From Rhodoluna sp. (GTDB lineage Bacteria; Actinomycetota; Actinomycetes; Actinomycetales; Microbacteriaceae): 64,000 nucleotides of DNA. Every line of letters begins with the position of its first letter. The stretch's first letter is position 1. Made by a program: the position numbers and the translations under genes. Positions 1 through 9,521 of this stretch are shown here, one piece after another. The notes beneath the pieces were generated by a model. The model worked only from the letters and a program-made list of their open reading frames with translations. It had not been told where the DNA came from and did not search any database. The stretch is taken from positions 20,359 through 84,358 of the forward strand of contig JBILRF010000001.1 of assembly GCA_044372795.1 (NCBI GenBank), written 5' to 3'.

Positions 1-2711
1 GACGTAACCAAAAGGTTGTTGAAATTGCACCTGCTCCGAATCTTGATGAAGAGCTAAGACAGGCTCTTTATAGAGATGCGATTGCCTTTGCTAAACAGAT
101 TGGTTATCTAAACGCTGGAACAGTTGAGTTCTTGATTGACACTGTTGGTCCAAACGCCGGTAAGCATGTCTTCATTGAGATGAACCCTCGCATTCAGGTT
201 GAGCACACAGTAACTGAAGAAATTACTGAAGTTGATCTTGTTCAATCACAGATGAGAATTGCTGCTGGAGAATCACTAGTTGATTTAGGTCTAACTCAAG
301 ACAAGATTGAAATGCATGGCTTTGCTATTCAATGCCGCATAACAACTGAAGATCCTTCAGCAGGGTTTAGGCCTGACACAGGAAAGATAACCACCTACCG
401 TTCACCTGGTGGTGCTGGTATTCGTCTTGATGGTGGAACAACTGCTACCGGTAGCGAAGTTAGCCCTTACTTTGATTCACTGCTTGTAAAGCTAATCACT
501 AGAGGAAGAGATCTTCCTGCTGCAATTAGTAGAGCATCTAGAGCACTTGCAGAATTTAGAATTCGTGGAGTTTCCACGAACATTGCCTTCTTACAGGGCG
601 TGCTATCTGATCCAAGTTTTAAAGCTGGCGAACTGAGCACAGCTTTCATAGATGAGAGACCTGAGCTTCTAAACTCTTACCCTTCCCTTGACCGAGGAAC
701 CAAGATTCTCAACTGGCTAGCTGAAGTAACAGTGAATCAGCCTTATGGTTCAAGAGGTAATCTTCAAGCGCCTTCGGCTAAGTTGCCAAAAATAGATCTA
801 TTGCAACCTGCTCCTAATGGATCAAGACAGCAACTGCTGGAACTAGGTCCAACTGCTTTTGCCAAAGCACTTCGTGACCAGGTAGCAGTTGCAATTACTG
901 ATTCAACTTTCCGAGACGCTCACCAATCTCTTCTGGCAACAAGAGTTAGATCGCGTGATCTAGTTCAGGTTGCTCCATATGAAGCGCGAATTCTTAGCAA
1001 GCTCTTCTCTGTTGAAGCTTGGGGCGGGGCAACTTACGATGTTGCTCTTAGATTCTTAGGCGAAGACCCTTGGGCAAGATTAGTTTCGCTAAGAGAAGCG
1101 ATGCCAAACATTTGTATCCAAATGCTTCTTCGTGGCAGAAACACTGTTGGCTATACGCCATACCCGGTTGAGGTAACTGATGCTTTTGTGAAGGAAGCAG
1201 CTGAAGCTGGCGTTGATATCTTTAGAATCTTTGACGCTCTCAATGATGTGAACCAAATGATTCCAGCTATTGATGCAGTTTTGAAAACTAAGACTGCTAT
1301 TGCGGAAGTCGGTATTTGCTACACAGGTGATCTGCTTGACCCTAAAGAAGATCTATACACACTTGCGTACTACCTCAAACTTGCCAAGCAGATAGTCGAT
1401 GCTGGTGCTCACATCATTGCGATCAAGGACATGGCTGGACTGCTTAGACCTCAGGCTGCTGCCAAGTTAGTCAAGGCACTAAGAGAAGAATTTGATGTAC
1501 CTGTTCATCTGCACACTCACGACACCGCTGGTGGTCAACTAGCTACTCTGATTGCAGCTATTGATGCTGGAGTGGATGCAGTGGATGTTGCCTCAGCACC
1601 TATGGCAGGAACAACTTCACAGCCATCGGCATCTGCATTGGTAGCAGCTCTTGCTAACACTGAAAGAGATTCAGGAATTACCTTAGATGAGATAACTGCC
1701 CTTGAACCTTATTGGGAAGCAGTCAGAAACGCTTACGCTCCATTCGAGTCAGGTTTGCCAGGTCCAACTGGTCGTGTATACAGACATGAGATTCCAGGTG
1801 GTCAGCTAAGCAATCTAAGACAACAGGCAATTGCTCTTGGCATTGGTAATCAATTCGAAAGAGTTGAAGACATGTATGCAGCAGCCAATCAGATCCTTGG
1901 AAGACCTCCTAAGGTAACCCCATCTTCTAAGGTTGTTGGCGATCTAGCCCTACACCTTGTGGCTGTGAATGCCGACCCTAAGGACTTTGCCGAGAACCCT
2001 CAGAACTACGACATCCCAGATTCAGTAATTGGCTTTATGGCTGGAGAGCTAGGGGATCTTCCTGGCGGTTGGCCAGAGCCATTTAGAACTAAGGTTCTTC
2101 AGGGTAAGAACCCTAAGTTTGGTATCACCGAAGTTTCTAAAGAAGACCTAGAAAAACTAACCTCTCAAGATGCTCAGGTGAGAAGAAGTACCTTGAACAA
2201 GCTTCTTTTCCCTGGCCCAACTAAGGACTTTGAGAAGGCCAGAGCTACCTACGGAAACCTAGACTCAGTTGAGACTCTGGATTATCTTTACGGGCTTGAG
2301 CAGGGCCATGAGCACGTGGTTGAGATCTCTAAGGGTGTTCGCATCTTCGTTGGCCTTGAAGCCATCGGTAGCCCAGACACCAAGGGCTTCAGGACAGTCA
2401 TGGCGACCCTCAACGGCCAGCTAAGGCCTCTAAACATCAGGGACAAGAAGATAGCCTCAGACGTGGTTGTGGCCGAGAAAGCTAACCTAGCCAACCCTGC
2501 CGAGGTGGCAGCCCCATTTGCAGGTGTAGTTACCCTTCAGGTGGTTGAAGGCACAGCAGTTGCCCTAGGCCAGCCGGTAGCAACCATTGAAGCCATGAAG
2601 ATGGAGGCCACCATAACCTCCAATATTGCAGGAATTGTAAGGCGTTTAGCCATAGGTAAGACCCAGTCTGTGGAGTCAGGGGACCTGATTCTCATTGTTG
2701 AACCTCAGTAG
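1..2711 (+). CDS. pyc: Pyruvate carboxylase, C-terminal ~900 aa (5' end is upstream of the window; codon phase starts at nt 3)
   Basis: Frame 3 is open to the window edge (RNQKVVEIAPAPNLDEEL.., end of the biotin carboxylase domain). Carboxyltransferase metal site HLHTHDTAGG. C-terminal biotinylation motif EAMKME. Confidence 0.93.
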   Translation, partial: RNQKVVEIAPAPNLDEELRQALYRDAIAFAKQIGYLNAGTVEFLIDTVGPNAGKHVFIEMNPRIQVEHTVTEEITEVDLVQSQMRIAAGESLVDLGLTQDKIEMHGFAIQCRITTEDPSAGFRPDTGKITTYRSPGGAGIRLDGGTTATGSEVSPYFDSLLVKLITRGRDLPAAISRASRALAEFRIRGVSTNIAFLQGVLSDPSFKAGELSTAFIDERPELLNSYPSLDRGTKILNWLAEVTVNQPYGSRGNLQAPSAKLPKIDLLQPAPNGSRQQLLELGPTAFAKALRDQVAVAITDSTFRDAHQSLLATRVRSRDLVQVAPYEARILSKLFSVEAWGGATYDVALRFLGEDPWARLVSLREAMPNICIQMLLRGRNTVGYTPYPVEVTDAFVKEAAEAGVDIFRIFDALNDVNQMIPAIDAVLKTKTAIAEVGICYTGDLLDPKEDLYTLAYYLKLAKQIVDAGAHIIAIKDMAGLLRPQAAAKLVKALREEFDVPVHLHTHDTAGGQLATLIAAIDAGVDAVDVASAPMAGTTSQPSASALVAALANTERDSGITLDEITALEPYWEAVRNAYAPFESGLPGPTGRVYRHEIPGGQLSNLRQQAIALGIGNQFERVEDMYAAANQILGRPPKVTPSSKVVGDLALHLVAVNADPKDFAENPQNYDIPDSVIGFMAGELGDLPGGWPEPFRTKVLQGKNPKFGITEVSKEDLEKLTSQDAQVRRSTLNKLLFPGPTKDFEKARATYGNLDSVETLDYLYGLEQGHEHVVEISKGVRIFVGLEAIGSPDTKGFRTVMATLNGQLRPLNIRDKKIASDVVVAEKANLANPAEVAAPFAGVVTLQVVEGTAVALGQPVATIEAMKMEATITSNIAGIVRRLAIGKTQSVESGDLILIVEPQ

Positions 2712-2765
2712 CGAATAGACTTACTCAAGTACCAGGTTCGGCTTTACGATGGTTAGAGCCCACAT

Positions 2766-3971
2766 TTGCACAAAGGATTAGGTTTGGCTGAAAAATCAGA
2801 ACGCGGTCTCATGAGACGTCGCAAGAAAGAAGAAGTCGCCACATCGGAGCTATCAACTGCTTCTCTAGATGCTGGAACCATTGATCTAAGCCCATCAACT
2901 TCTTCAATCAAGGTAGTCACCGAGTCAACCGCTATCGTTCCTCAGGGTGAGAGCGTTGGAAGCGATACTGGTCCAAACAACCAGGTTGGCTATACCCGGA
3001 GAGACAGCCTTCGTGGCGATGCCTTTGATCAACCTGAACCAGCAGCGATGCTTACAGCAGACCGTCTAATTGATGTTTCTCCTAAGAACAGACCTGCACC
3101 TGAATCAGGTATGCGCAGATTCCTCTATTTCGTATCTCTAAAGACAATAAACCTAGGAGATAACCTTCGTACTCGTGAGCGCAAGGCTACCGATGCCAGA
3201 ATCTCAGCTCAGCTAGATGGTGGAGCAAAGTTTGTTCCAGTTCTAACCCGTAAGGGTGGCGTTGGAAAGACAACAGTTACCACTTTGCTAGGTATGGCAA
3301 TGGCTCTAGTTCGTGAAGATCGCGTTATAGCAATTGACGCCAACCCTGACCGTGGAACTCTTGCAGAACGAGTAAGCAAGTCAACAAGATTCACTGTTCG
3401 AGATGTTGTAAACCGTGCTGCTGCAGTTGATGGCTTTACAGATTTCTCAACCATGGTTTCAAGAGATGCAACCAGATTGCACGTTTTAGCTTCAGACAGC
3501 GACCCAATGCTTTCAGAAGCCTTTGATGAAGGTGACTACAACGTTGTTGCAGACATGGCAGCTCGTTACTACACAGTTATCTTGACTGACTGTGGAACTG
3601 GAATTGTGCACTCAGTTATGCGTCCAACTCTGCAAAGAGCTAACGGTCTAGTGATTGTTTCTGGTGGATCAGTTGATGAAGCAAGATTGGCTTCTGAAAC
3701 TCTAACTTGGCTAGAAGCTAACGGTTATGGCGATCTAGTTAGAGGATCAGTAGTTGCTCTAAACACTGCAACACAGGGAACTAACTTGGTAAAGCTCGAC
3801 GAGATTGAAGCACACTTCAAATCTCGTGTTCGTGCTGTTGTGAAGATTCCATATGACCCAGCGCTAGCTGCAGGTTCTGTAATTAAGTTTGATCAGCTAC
3901 ACAAAAACACTAGAGAAGCAGCTCGTGAACTTGCTGCCCTAGTTGTTGAGGGACTTGCTAAGTCCAAGTAG
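2766..3971 (+). CDS. MinD/ParA-family P-loop ATPase with a ~130-aa low-complexity N-terminal extension
   Basis: Deviant Walker A TRKGGVGKTT and Walker B-like VILTDCG. The N-terminal S/T/P/acidic region stays stop-free for over 100 codons. TTG 2766 is the ORF-track start; ATG 2811 (MRRRKKEE) is an alternative. Confidence 0.8.
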   Translation: MHKGLGLAEKSERGLMRRRKKEEVATSELSTASLDAGTIDLSPSTSSIKVVTESTAIVPQGESVGSDTGPNNQVGYTRRDSLRGDAFDQPEPAAMLTADRLIDVSPKNRPAPESGMRRFLYFVSLKTINLGDNLRTRERKATDARISAQLDGGAKFVPVLTRKGGVGKTTVTTLLGMAMALVREDRVIAIDANPDRGTLAERVSKSTRFTVRDVVNRAAAVDGFTDFSTMVSRDATRLHVLASDSDPMLSEAFDEGDYNVVADMAARYYTVILTDCGTGIVHSVMRPTLQRANGLVIVSGGSVDEARLASETLTWLEANGYGDLVRGSVVALNTATQGTNLVKLDEIEAHFKSRVRAVVKIPYDPALAAGSVIKFDQLHKNTREAARELAALVVEGLAKSK

Positions 3972-3974
3972 CTA

Positions 3975-4472
3975 ATGCCAGTTCGTGAAATACGTCTTTA
4001 CGGCGATCCAGTACTTAAATCTCCATGTGATTTAGTTATTGACTTCGGTCCTAAAACTAAAGCCCTGATCGAAGATCTAATTGACACAACCAAAGAGCCT
4101 GGCAGAGCTGGGGTAGCAGCTCCTCAAATAGGAGTTTCACTTAGAGCCTTTAGTTATAACGTTGATGGCACAGTGGGCTACTTAATCAACCCAGAGGAAC
4201 TAATTCTTGAAGGTGAACCAGAACTTCTTGATGAAGGTTGTTTATCAGTTCCAGGGCTTTGGCATAAGACATTGAGATTTCCAAAAGCTAAACTATCTGG
4301 CTATCAACTTGATGGCACAAGAATCACCATCGAAGGTGAAGGCTTACTCGCTCAAGCCTTGCAGCATGAGTTTGATCACCTAGATGGAAAACTTTATCTT
4401 GATCGATTATCAGTTGAAGAGCGCAAAGAAGCTATGAAACTTCTAAGACAATCAGACTGGTTTCTGAACTAG
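3975..4472 (+). CDS. def: Peptide deformylase
   Basis: All three PDF motifs are present: GVAAPQIG, EGCLSVPG and HEFDHLDG. Confidence 0.95.
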   Translation: MPVREIRLYGDPVLKSPCDLVIDFGPKTKALIEDLIDTTKEPGRAGVAAPQIGVSLRAFSYNVDGTVGYLINPEELILEGEPELLDEGCLSVPGLWHKTLRFPKAKLSGYQLDGTRITIEGEGLLAQALQHEFDHLDGKLYLDRLSVEERKEAMKLLRQSDWFLN

Positions 4473-6307
4473 ATCTTGTAATCACCAATGTTGTGACAAG
4501 TTGACTTAGCGCTTGCTGCGTAGATGTCATCAACAAGATGAGCGAAGTCCTCCATAACCACAGATCTCTTAATCTTTAGAGAAGGAGTTAGGTGACCGCT
4601 CTTCTCAGTTAGATCTTTAGGTAGCAGTGAGAACTTACGAATTGACTCAGCAGTTGAGAACTTAGAGTTGACCGCCTCAATAGCCTTTGTAATCTCTGAG
4701 ATAACAACAGGGTTGTTGGTAGCTTCCTCAACGCTCATCTTTTCCTTGATGCCGTTATTCTCCAACCAAATTGGAAGCATCTCCTCATCAAGTGAAATCA
4801 GAGCTGAAACGAAAGGCTTAGCATCCCCAACCACAACAGCTTGGCTGATTAGTGGGTTAGCACGAAGTGGATCTTCAAGAAGAGCCGGAGCCACGTTCTT
4901 GCCACCTGCAGTGATGATTAGTTCTTTCTTTCGACCGGTGATGGATAGGAAACCATCTTCATCAAGAGCACCAATGTCACCAGTTTTGAACCAACCATCT
5001 TCAAATGTTGAAGCAGTTGCCTTCGGGTTATTCCAGTAGCTCTTCAGAACGTTTGTTCCTCTAAGTAGGATCTCGCCGTCATCAGCAATCTTGATTCCAC
5101 AACCAGGTAGCGGGAAACCAACCTTGCCAATTTTTACCTTGTCTGGTCGACCAATGGTTGCAGGGGCTGTGGTTTCGGTAAGTCCGTAACCTTCAAGAAC
5201 AATTAGGCCAATTGCTCTATAGAAGTGTCCTAGGCGAGCACCTAGAGGACCTCCACCGCTAATTGCATACTGAACTTTTCCACCCATAGCAGCACGAAGC
5301 TTCTTGTATACAAGAGCGTCAAACAACTTGTACTTAGCATTCAAAGCAAAGCCTGGACCCTTCTTGGTGTCATTAGCCATTGACCATGCGATAGCTGTTT
5401 CGGCAGCTGCATGGAAGATCTTTCCCTTACCTGCAGATTCTGCTCTCTGCTCAGCAGAGTTATAAACCTTCTCGAATACTCTTGGCACAGCCAACAAGAA
5501 TGTTGGGTGGAAGCTTTGCATTGCAGGAGCAACAGTCTTTGCATCACCTTGGTGGCCAACTTTAACTCCACCAGAGATACACAACACAGAAACAAAGCGA
5601 GCAAAAACGTGAGCCATTGGTAAGAACAGGAGAGTAGTTCCACCTGGTCGAACAACATCAGGAAGAACAGCCTGAGCGTTGCGACATAGATCTACGAAAC
5701 CTTGGTGAAGCAGTTCACAACCTTTTGGCTGACCTGTTGTTCCAGAGGTATAGATAATTGTTGCTAGATCAGATAGCCCTGCAGTTTTACGAGCCTTCTC
5801 AAGTTCTTCAGCTGAAACATCTTTACCTGCTTTGACTAGATCCTTTAGGTCATTGCCATCCAGTGTCCAAACCTGCTTCACATCTTTCAGAGATGATTTG
5901 ACTGAGTTGAAGAGTTGAACCATTTGGTCATTGGCAAAGATACAAGCTATTGAACCTGAGTCACCTAAAATCCATTCGATTTGTGCTGGTGCTGAGCTTT
6001 CATAAATTGGTACTGATACCGCTCCAGCAAACCAAAGTGCAAAGTCACACAGGGCCCACTCGTAACAGGTAGCACTCATGATTCCAACTCGTTGACCTGG
6101 TTTGATACCAGAGGCAATGAAGCCCTTAGCCAAAGCCTGCACTTCAGCTAAATACTCACTGGCTGTAACGTCTTTCCAAACGCCAGGCTCGACCTGCTTT
6201 GAGATGAGAGCAAGATTTGGGTCGAGCTTTACTCGGTCCAGGAATAGGTCAGTAATGTTTGTCTCTGGCGCAGAAACAACTACTAGTGGAACTTCAAATG
6301 TCTTCAC
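4469..6307 (-). CDS. Long-chain fatty-acid--CoA ligase (AMP-dependent synthetase, FadD15-like)
   Basis: AMP-binding signature IIYTSGTTGQPKG, plus GYGLTET and WFKTGDIG. 612 aa. Confidence 0.88.
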   Translation of the reverse strand: MKTFEVPLVVVSAPETNITDLFLDRVKLDPNLALISKQVEPGVWKDVTASEYLAEVQALAKGFIASGIKPGQRVGIMSATCYEWALCDFALWFAGAVSVPIYESSAPAQIEWILGDSGSIACIFANDQMVQLFNSVKSSLKDVKQVWTLDGNDLKDLVKAGKDVSAEELEKARKTAGLSDLATIIYTSGTTGQPKGCELLHQGFVDLCRNAQAVLPDVVRPGGTTLLFLPMAHVFARFVSVLCISGGVKVGHQGDAKTVAPAMQSFHPTFLLAVPRVFEKVYNSAEQRAESAGKGKIFHAAAETAIAWSMANDTKKGPGFALNAKYKLFDALVYKKLRAAMGGKVQYAISGGGPLGARLGHFYRAIGLIVLEGYGLTETTAPATIGRPDKVKIGKVGFPLPGCGIKIADDGEILLRGTNVLKSYWNNPKATASTFEDGWFKTGDIGALDEDGFLSITGRKKELIITAGGKNVAPALLEDPLRANPLISQAVVVGDAKPFVSALISLDEEMLPIWLENNGIKEKMSVEEATNNPVVISEITKAIEAVNSKFSTAESIRKFSLLPKDLTEKSGHLTPSLKIKRSVVMEDFAHLVDDIYAASAKSTCHNIGDYKI

Positions 6308-6355
6308 TTTTTACCTCTAACTCAATGGGTTTGGGAATAAAACTTTTGTTTAGCC

Positions 6356-6387
6356 TACCTGCAGGTAAACCTGAAAGAGACCTGAAA
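6356..6387. promoter_or_regulatory. Candidate operator cluster in the divergent fadD-like/glk spacer
   Basis: Perfect 12-bp palindrome TACCTGCAGGTA (6356-6367), followed by two ACCTGAAA direct repeats (6369-6376 and 6380-6387) 11 bp apart. Confidence 0.35.
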
Positions 6388-6464
6388 AAGGAAGGTAAAT
6401 GTAACGATATGCAGTTATAAACTTGTCGTTGAACCTCTACACCCCAAATTCTCTAAGGGAGCCC

Positions 6465-7406
6465 ATGATTACCGTTGGTATCGACGTTGGTGGAACCAAG
6501 ATAGCTGGAGCACTTGTCAGCGAAACTGGCGAAATCCTAACCAGCCTTAAGGTGCCAACCCCAGCCGATAACACAGACGAGCTGATCGCTGCCATCGTTG
6601 ACATGGTTCAACAGTTGCGCGAAGGTCAAGAGGTAAAGGCTGTTGGAGTAGCCATTGCAGGCTTCATTGATGCAGACCAATCTGAAGTCATCTATTCTCC
6701 AAACCTAAGCCTTAGAAACGAACCTCTAAAAGCCAAGCTAGAAGCCCAATTGGGTGTTGCAGTGTTTATCGAAAACGATGCAAACGCTGCGGGTTGGGCT
6801 GAATATCGATTTGGTGCTGGACAGGGCAGCAAGCACATGATGATGATCACCATCGGTACTGGAGTGGGCGGAGCAATTGTTGCTAATGGCGAGCTTTTCC
6901 GAGGCGGATTTGGTATCGGAGCAGAGTTGGGTCACACAAACTTTATCCAAGAAGGCAAAATCTGTGGTTGTGGCCAAAAGGGATGCCTAGAAAAATACGC
7001 ATCTGGAACTGCACTCCTTGAATCTGCCAAAGAGTTGGCTTCTTCAGGAACAGCCGAAGGCGCTCGACTAGCAGAACTGCAAGCAGAGGTTGGCGAACTT
7101 TCTGGAACCGAGGTCTATCAGGCCATTAACGAAGCAGATCCAGGTGCCATGCGTCTACTAAACGAATTGGGCATTAACATCGGCAAAGCCGTTGCTTCGT
7201 TGACTGCAGTTCTAGATCCTCAGATGCTAGTGATTGGTGGTGGCCTTAGCGTTGCGGGCGAATTACTACTCAAGCCAATCCGTGAGGCATACCTAGAGCA
7301 CTTACCGGCTAGAGGGTACCGCCCAGAAATGACCATCGTTACAGCCTCACTTATCAATGATGCGGGAGTTGTAGGGGCAGCAGACCTTGCCAGAAGGCAC
7401 CCTTAA
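6465..7406 (+). CDS. glk: ROK-family glucokinase
   Basis: GIDVGGTKIAG N-terminus and ROK zinc motif GHTNF..CGCGQKGCLE. Start re-called to ATG 6465 (AAGGGA about 5 nt upstream). The ORF-track TTG 6423 would add 14 non-conserved residues. Confidence 0.85.
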   Translation: MITVGIDVGGTKIAGALVSETGEILTSLKVPTPADNTDELIAAIVDMVQQLREGQEVKAVGVAIAGFIDADQSEVIYSPNLSLRNEPLKAKLEAQLGVAVFIENDANAAGWAEYRFGAGQGSKHMMMITIGTGVGGAIVANGELFRGGFGIGAELGHTNFIQEGKICGCGQKGCLEKYASGTALLESAKELASSGTAEGARLAELQAEVGELSGTEVYQAINEADPGAMRLLNELGINIGKAVASLTAVLDPQMLVIGGGLSVAGELLLKPIREAYLEHLPARGYRPEMTIVTASLINDAGVVGAADLARRHP

Positions 7407-7457
7407 GGCAGGTAAACTAAGTTTTTACTAGTTTTCAACTGAGTCAGGAGGTCGCAC

Positions 7458-8132
7458 ATGTGGTACTTTCTGCTTAAAAACATAGTGTTGGGGCCTCTAC
7501 TTAAAGTCTTATTCAGACCATGGGTCCGTGGATCAGAAAAGATTCCTTCAGATGGCGCTGCAATTCTTGCCAGCAACCATCTTTCTTTCTCCGACTCGAT
7601 TTTCCTTCCGCTTATGCTTCGTAGACCAGTTGTCTTCCTAGCCAAGAGTGAATACTTCACGGGTAAGGGGCTTAAAGGAACACTAACCAGATGGTTCTTT
7701 ATCGCAACAGGTCAGCTACCAATCGATAGAAGTGGTGGAAAAGCATCTGAAGCTGCTCTAAACACTGGCCTCAAAGTACTAAGCCAGAACCAGTTATTGG
7801 GAATTTACCCTGAGGGAACTAGGTCTCCTGACGGCAGACTCTTTAGAGGCCGCACCGGTATCGCACGAATGGTTCTGGAAGCTAAAGTTCCAGTTTTTCC
7901 GGTTGCCATGATTGACACTGAGAAGGTTCAGCCAATCGGTAGAAGATTTCCAAGAATCAGAAGAATCGGAGTGGTGGTTGGGGAACCACTAGATTTTTCC
8001 AGATTTGCGGGGATGGAAGGTGACCGTCTAGTCTTACGAGCAGTCACTGATGAGATTTCTTATGAACTCATGAAACTCAGCGGGCAGGAATACATCGACG
8101 TATATGCCAGTACTCTTAAAAACCAACGCTAA
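7458..8132 (+). CDS. plsC: 1-acyl-sn-glycerol-3-phosphate acyltransferase
   Basis: Acyltransferase motifs NHLSFSD (HX4D) and YPEGTRS. Confidence 0.88.
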   Translation: MWYFLLKNIVLGPLLKVLFRPWVRGSEKIPSDGAAILASNHLSFSDSIFLPLMLRRPVVFLAKSEYFTGKGLKGTLTRWFFIATGQLPIDRSGGKASEAALNTGLKVLSQNQLLGIYPEGTRSPDGRLFRGRTGIARMVLEAKVPVFPVAMIDTEKVQPIGRRFPRIRRIGVVVGEPLDFSRFAGMEGDRLVLRAVTDEISYELMKLSGQEYIDVYASTLKNQR

Positions 8133-8153
8133 AACGCTAGTCAGGAATTTACC

Positions 8154-9521
8154 GTGTCATTAAACGAAAAAGTTGTCGTAGCCGACCCATCAGTTATTGC
8201 TGGGCTGGATAACTACCGCAACCTCGAAGCTGCACAGCAGCCAACCTGGCCTGACCAAGCCAGGCTTGAAGAAGTTAAAGCAATCCTTGCCAAGTACCCA
8301 CCACTAGTTTTTGCTGGTGAAGTTGATATCTTGAAGAGTCGTTTGGCTCAAGCTGCCTCAGGTAAAGCATTCTTACTTCAGGGTGGTGACTGTGCTGAAA
8401 CTTTTGCTGATGCAACAGCAGATCGTATTCGTAACCGTGTGAAGACAATGCTGCAGATGGCAGTTGTTTTGACATATGGAGCATCAATGCCGGTTGTGAA
8501 AATGGGTCGCATGGCTGGTCAGTTTGCTAAGCCTAGATCTTCTGACACAGAAACTCGTGAAGGACTTGAGTTGCCTGCATACCGCGGTGATGCAGTCAAT
8601 GGTTATGACTTCACACTTGAATCTAGAACTGCTGACCCAACTAGATTGCTTCAGGCATACAACACTTCAGCTTCAACTTTGAACTTGATAAGAGCATTCA
8701 CTATGGGTGGATTCGCAGATCTTCGTTCAGTGCACGAGTGGAATAAAGGCTTTACCGATAATCCAGCCAACTCAAGGTATGAAACCATGGCTCGTGAAAT
8801 TGATAAGGCAATCAAATTCATGGCTGCTTGTGGAGCTGACTTCAATGAGTTACGCACCACAGAGTTTTACACTTCACACGAGGGTCTGCTATTTGATTAC
8901 GAGCGTCCTATGACCCGCATTGATTCAAGAACTGGCACACCATATGACACCAGTGCGCACTTCATTTGGATTGGTGAGCGCACTCGCAAACTTGATGGTG
9001 CACACATGGACTTCCTATCTAGAGTAAGAAACCCACTAGGTGTGAAGCTTGGTCCTAACACTTCAGTTGATGATGTTCTAGCTCTTATTGAAAAACTTGA
9101 TCCAGAAAGAGAGCCAGGTCGATTGACTTTGATCTCTCGTATGGGTGCAGGAAAGATTCGTGAGGCACTTCCGAAGTTAGTCAAGGCTGTTAGAGATAGT
9201 GGAGCCCAGCCACTGTGGGTAACTGACCCAATGCACGGCAATGGCATCACCACCGCTAACGGATACAAATCACGCAGATTTGATGATGTGATGGATGAAG
9301 TTAGAGGATTCTTTGAAGTTCACCGTGACCTAGGAACTTTCCCTGGTGGAGTGCACATCGAACTAACTGGAGATGATGTTGCTGAGTGCTTAGGTGGTAG
9401 CGAACACATAGATGAAGCAACTTTAGAATCTAGATACGAATCACTTTGCGACCCAAGACTAAATCACTCACAGTCACTTGAATTAGCTTTCCTAGTTGCT
9501 GAAGAACTAGCAGCTAAGTAA
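8154..9521 (+). CDS. aroG: 3-deoxy-7-phosphoheptulonate (DAHP) synthase, class II
   Basis: 455 aa with class II hallmarks RMAGQFAKPRS and IWIGERTR. GTG start with AGGA upstream. Confidence 0.92.
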   Translation: MSLNEKVVVADPSVIAGLDNYRNLEAAQQPTWPDQARLEEVKAILAKYPPLVFAGEVDILKSRLAQAASGKAFLLQGGDCAETFADATADRIRNRVKTMLQMAVVLTYGASMPVVKMGRMAGQFAKPRSSDTETREGLELPAYRGDAVNGYDFTLESRTADPTRLLQAYNTSASTLNLIRAFTMGGFADLRSVHEWNKGFTDNPANSRYETMAREIDKAIKFMAACGADFNELRTTEFYTSHEGLLFDYERPMTRIDSRTGTPYDTSAHFIWIGERTRKLDGAHMDFLSRVRNPLGVKLGPNTSVDDVLALIEKLDPEREPGRLTLISRMGAGKIREALPKLVKAVRDSGAQPLWVTDPMHGNGITTANGYKSRRFDDVMDEVRGFFEVHRDLGTFPGGVHIELTGDDVAECLGGSEHIDEATLESRYESLCDPRLNHSQSLELAFLVAEELAAK

